This document shows, piece by piece, positions 60,690 to 64,000 of a DNA stretch of 64,000 nt; within the stretch, counting starts at the first letter, position 1, and each line of letters begins with the position of its first letter. The translations under genes and the position numbers were made by a program. Source of the stretch: Raillietiella orientalis (Eukaryota); NCBI GenBank assembly GCA_036172245.1, contig JAYWIR010000012.1, positions 3,968,001 through 4,032,000 of the forward strand, written 5' to 3'. Under the pieces are notes generated by a model. That model made no database searches and was not told the origin of the DNA. It saw only the letters and a list, made by a program, of their open reading frames with translations.

Positions 60690-61185
60690 CTTTTCAATGC
60701 CGTCCACGTCGCCCGGGGTTGCGTGTCAGCTCTCCAAGATAGGGGTTAACCCAAAGGGACCACCCTATGAATCCAGGTAGGCTCCGGGGGAAGGGGTCCG
60801 TTCCTTCCTTACTCTTTGGTGGGGATCCCTCGCCCTGGTTGCCTCCGGAGTGACCCTCTGGAAGGGATCTGCTCCCTGTTTCCTCCCCGGAAAAGAACCC
60901 CGAAGGGACGCTCCCAAATTTCCCTGAGGGGTCGCTCCTCGGAGGGAACAACGCTCTTGCACTCTGGAGAGGCATCAACCAGACAATTCGCAATGAGGAG
61001 TCCTCCTTGAGGGGGGAGAGAGGAACGACTACTGGATTCCTGGAAGACTTCGGAGGGGTTAACTTCCAATCCCGGCCCGCCATCGGGGGGCTTCCGGGGG
61101 TTTCTGGCTTCCACCCGTGCCGCCACCGTACCCGAATAGCCCGACCAGCTCCAACCTGCGGGGGTCATTCGAAACGCACCACGCA
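60690..61185 (-). repeat. Dispersed GC-rich repeat family, copy 3
   Basis: Reverse complement aligns to 28095-28460 and 15280-15680; translates ...LVDASPECK...SLPGFIGWSLWVNPYLGELTRNPGRRGRH. Confidence 0.85.
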
Positions 61186-62271
61186 ACCTCCGACTACTCG
61201 GCGTTGACCCTCCTTCCCCGGGACGTTCCGGGGGGCCCTAAGAGGTCTCTTCGGTCAGGACAAGCGCTCGTCGGGGCGAAGGGTTCTGGGTGGTGCCCAG
61301 AGGGGGACCGCCGCCGGCACGCCGGGAGGCGGCTGGGGCGCATGGCAGGCGGACCCGCAGGCGAGAATCCCTAGTGACACAGGGAACACCCTGGTCTCGA
61401 GAAGATGAAGGGTGGACGCCAGCGGTTGCGTGGGAGCGAAGAAGCCGCCGATTTGGTAGCGTGGGACGACGGTCCGGGAGGGGACGCCAGGAAGGTCACG
61501 GCGGAGATGCTCTGGACGAGGGATCATCCGCATGCAGCTCCGCAGGATAACCGGGAGAACCGGCAAGTGCGAATCCGCTCGTGCGGGCGGAGGCAAAGAG
61601 GCTCTCGAATGCGCAGTTCGGGGCGAAGGCTGCTCCCGTGGGCTCACAAGCGCATGAGTGACCTCTGACCTGACCTGGGGATGGTGCACCACTCTATCCA
61701 TGGGTTCTGCTGCTTCTCCCTGAGACAAGGGGCACAGGGACAGGGGCCCCGGGTGTCCGCGACCTCTTCCTCCCCCATCCCCGCAAAGCAAATGGCCGGT
61801 CATGCTGATCCGCGCGTCTTTGTTGGCTTCCCCCCTCCCTGGAGAGGGACCCCTGGGGGATCCCACCCCCTTCGTATCTTGTTTTCCCCTTTGTCCGGGA
61901 ACTCTGTTCCCGGATAGTTTGTAATAAACGCCCCGGCGCACCCGGGTGACAAAAAGGAGAGGGACCCCTGAGACCGACTGCGGCCCGCTGCCCGCTCCGA
62001 CGGACGCTCATCTCGCCGGAGCGAATCCCCCTCGGGTCCCCGGAAAGCGAAAGGGCCTCTCCGCCCCGAGCCCCGCGAAGACGGGAGAGGGCTGATGTTG
62101 GAGGCGGCGCCGTTGGGCATGCAGCAGAAGGGAGGGGAGCAATGAACATGCTTTGTGTTGGGGGTGGCGTGGAAAGCCGCGGCACGAAAGGGCCGGAGGT
62201 TGCCGTCTGCCGGTCTCCAGGCAACAGCAGGGAGTGCGAGAGACCGCGCGCCTCTTTTCTGCATTTTTTTT

Positions 62272-63948
62272 TTATTTTGCTTCGGTGGGCGGTTGGCCGG
62301 GTTGGTTGGCGCCTCGCGTTTTCCTAAGCACGGCGAGCCTCGCCCTGTAGGACCGGATGGTGTCCCTGAGGTAGCGCAGCTCGTCCAGGTCGCCGAACCA
62401 CGTACCGGGAACGTACGTTACGCACCCCCGCAGGGGTCCCAGTATTTTCCTGCCGATGTTGACTCCGGTCCTGAGCACGAGGAGGCTCTCCAGCACCTTC
62501 ATGAGCTCCTCCTCCCCGAGGTTGACCATCGCCATCACCTTCCGCTGCCTGGACAGGTGGCGCATGTCGACCTTGAGCGTCTTCAGCGCTTCGATGGGGA
62601 ATTCGATGCAGACCTTGAGGTCCGCCTCGCACGCGCAGAAGACGTACGGGCACTCGGTGACCACCACGTTGGCGCCGCCCTTCAGCCTGTGGGCGGCGAT
62701 CAGATTGGTCAGATGGAACTTCAGCCTACTCCGGTACGCCTTGTTCGCGTCGGTGCACAGCATCAGCAGCTCCTCCTTCCGGACGCTCATGGCCCGCATC
62801 CGGTTCAGCTTCTCGTCGATAAAGAAGAACTTGCCCATCTGGAGGCCCTTGGTCTGCCGGACGACGCCCTCCGTGTCCAGGATGCAGATCTCGGTTTTGG
62901 GATTGAGGAACCTTCCCCTCTTCACCATCCTCTTCAAGGGCAGGAATTGCGCCACCGTCATCCCCAGAGACTTGGGCAGCCCGACCGAGCCCTTGGTCTC
63001 GTCCTCCTCTACCTTCATCTTCTTGACCGGTGGGTCATCCCCGTTGCCGCCATTCTCCGCTGCATTCTCCTCCTCGAGGATGTCCTCGTCCAGGAGGTCC
63101 TCGCAGTTCGACGTGTCCTCCTCCGACGTCCCTATCTCGGTCAGGGAATTTGGGTGGTTCACCGGGATGCCCTCCCTCTTGATTCGACTCTTCTTGCGCG
63201 GATCCCGGCGGCTGCTCTCTCGATACTCGTCGCAGCCCTCTTCGTCCTCCGACTCTGTCTCCGGGCCCGCCACCATGGGCATCATCGCCATCAGGCTCTC
63301 CGCCTCCTCCGCCTCCTCGTCGACCACGAACCTCTCCAGGAACCTGCAGGCCTCCAGGGCACTCGTGTACTCCGTGAGCTCCAGGACGCAGTTGCTGATC
63401 TTCCGCAGCCCGGGGCTGTTCACCGGCCTGTCGTCGTCCACCGCCTTGGTGACCTCCAGCGCAAACGACGCCCTGGCAAACAGCCGCAGCAGCAGCGGTA
63501 GCTTGGCGTCCTCCACGAAGCTCAGGAACGCCACGCTCAGACCGTTGGAGAGCCGGTCCAGAGTGTCTGGGGTGGGTTCGGGTCCACGCTTGAGACCCAT
63601 CCTCAGCTCGTGCAAACGGACGCACTCGGTCCACCGAGGCGTCCTCCGGTCCTCGTTCGCAGCGGCCTTCAGCTCCACGAAGGGCGCGTAGTACGCCTGG
63701 TGGAAGGAGGGCGTCCCCGTGAACTGCTCCCGCTCCTCCGCCTCCTCCGAATGGGAGGAGGAGGTCGAGGGAAGGGCCAGGCGCCGCTCCACACCGCCAG
63801 CGCCGCTTCCGGAGGTGCCTGCCGTTTTCTCCCTCGGGGTGGCGCTCGCGCTCGAAACCCCTCGCCAGACGCCCACGCCAGCAGCACCACCGTCAGCCGG
63901 AAGCGCCCCGGACCACGTCAGCGAGCTCGCACGATTGAGACGGCGCAT
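62272..63948 (-). CDS. Intronless 558-aa protein with a C-terminal Egalitarian/EXD1-like DEDDy 3'-5' exonuclease-type domain
   Basis: Normal protein composition, strong GC3 bias and long antisense shadow ORFs indicate real coding sequence. Motifs ICILDTEG..KGLQMGKFFFID (ExoI, DTEG at 62866-62877), YVFCACEAD (ExoII), KVDMR, GPL....Y....WFGDLDEL (ExoIII). Acidic linker with NLS-like PPVKKMK. True start uncertain; the family call is less certain than the CDS call. Confidence 0.8.
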   Translation of the reverse strand: MRRLNRASSLTWSGALPADGGAAGVGVWRGVSSASATPREKTAGTSGSGAGGVERRLALPSTSSSHSEEAEEREQFTGTPSFHQAYYAPFVELKAAANEDRRTPRWTECVRLHELRMGLKRGPEPTPDTLDRLSNGLSVAFLSFVEDAKLPLLLRLFARASFALEVTKAVDDDRPVNSPGLRKISNCVLELTEYTSALEACRFLERFVVDEEAEEAESLMAMMPMVAGPETESEDEEGCDEYRESSRRDPRKKSRIKREGIPVNHPNSLTEIGTSEEDTSNCEDLLDEDILEEENAAENGGNGDDPPVKKMKVEEDETKGSVGLPKSLGMTVAQFLPLKRMVKRGRFLNPKTEICILDTEGVVRQTKGLQMGKFFFIDEKLNRMRAMSVRKEELLMLCTDANKAYRSRLKFHLTNLIAAHRLKGGANVVVTECPYVFCACEADLKVCIEFPIEALKTLKVDMRHLSRQRKVMAMVNLGEEELMKVLESLLVLRTGVNIGRKILGPLRGCVTYVPGTWFGDLDELRYLRDTIRSYRARLAVLRKTRGANQPGQPPTEAK

Positions 63949-64000
63949 CCTCGCGCGGATCCTTAAATACGTGCCCCTCCCGCGCTGCGGCGCTCGCGCA

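Noticed and set aside
62155..63691. + strand ORFs of 448 aa and 411 aa
   Set aside because: Antisense shadows of the 558-aa minus-strand CDS.
63962..63970. TATTTAAG as TATA box or baculovirus-type TAAG late promoter for the 558-aa ORF
   Set aside because: Only ~15 nt from the first ATG and too short to be diagnostic; at most it suggests the real start codon is further downstream.

Overview
Eukaryotic genomic DNA, probably arthropod judging from the ZDHHC3 N-terminus and small introns; no prokaryotic features. The window is a sharp compositional mosaic. A central AT-rich island (~34.7-53.4 kb) holds three spliced housekeeping genes (ZDHHC3/7-type palmitoyltransferase, ZNF622, RRP36) and several decayed LINE reverse-transcriptase fragments. 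The GC-rich flanks are strewn with decayed gag/ORF1-like CCHC-knuckle remnants and a dispersed repeat family. Two divergent genes sit at the window edges. Left: a minus-strand ORF absent from the ORF track because it runs off the window. It encodes a Doublesex/DMRT (DM)-type zinc module with a degenerate recognition helix plus a C2H2-like finger, and four paired DSX/DMRT-type binding sites lie upstream, making it a candidate DM-regulated decoy or autoregulatory sex-determination module. Right: an intronless 558-aa ORF whose C-terminal half resembles the Egalitarian/EXD1-type DEDDy exonuclease domain. A ~2 kb foldback-like element (GC-rich outer arms, AT-rich repetitive inner arms) lies at ~57.9-59.9 kb. 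All domain calls are by-eye motif matches, not database searches.
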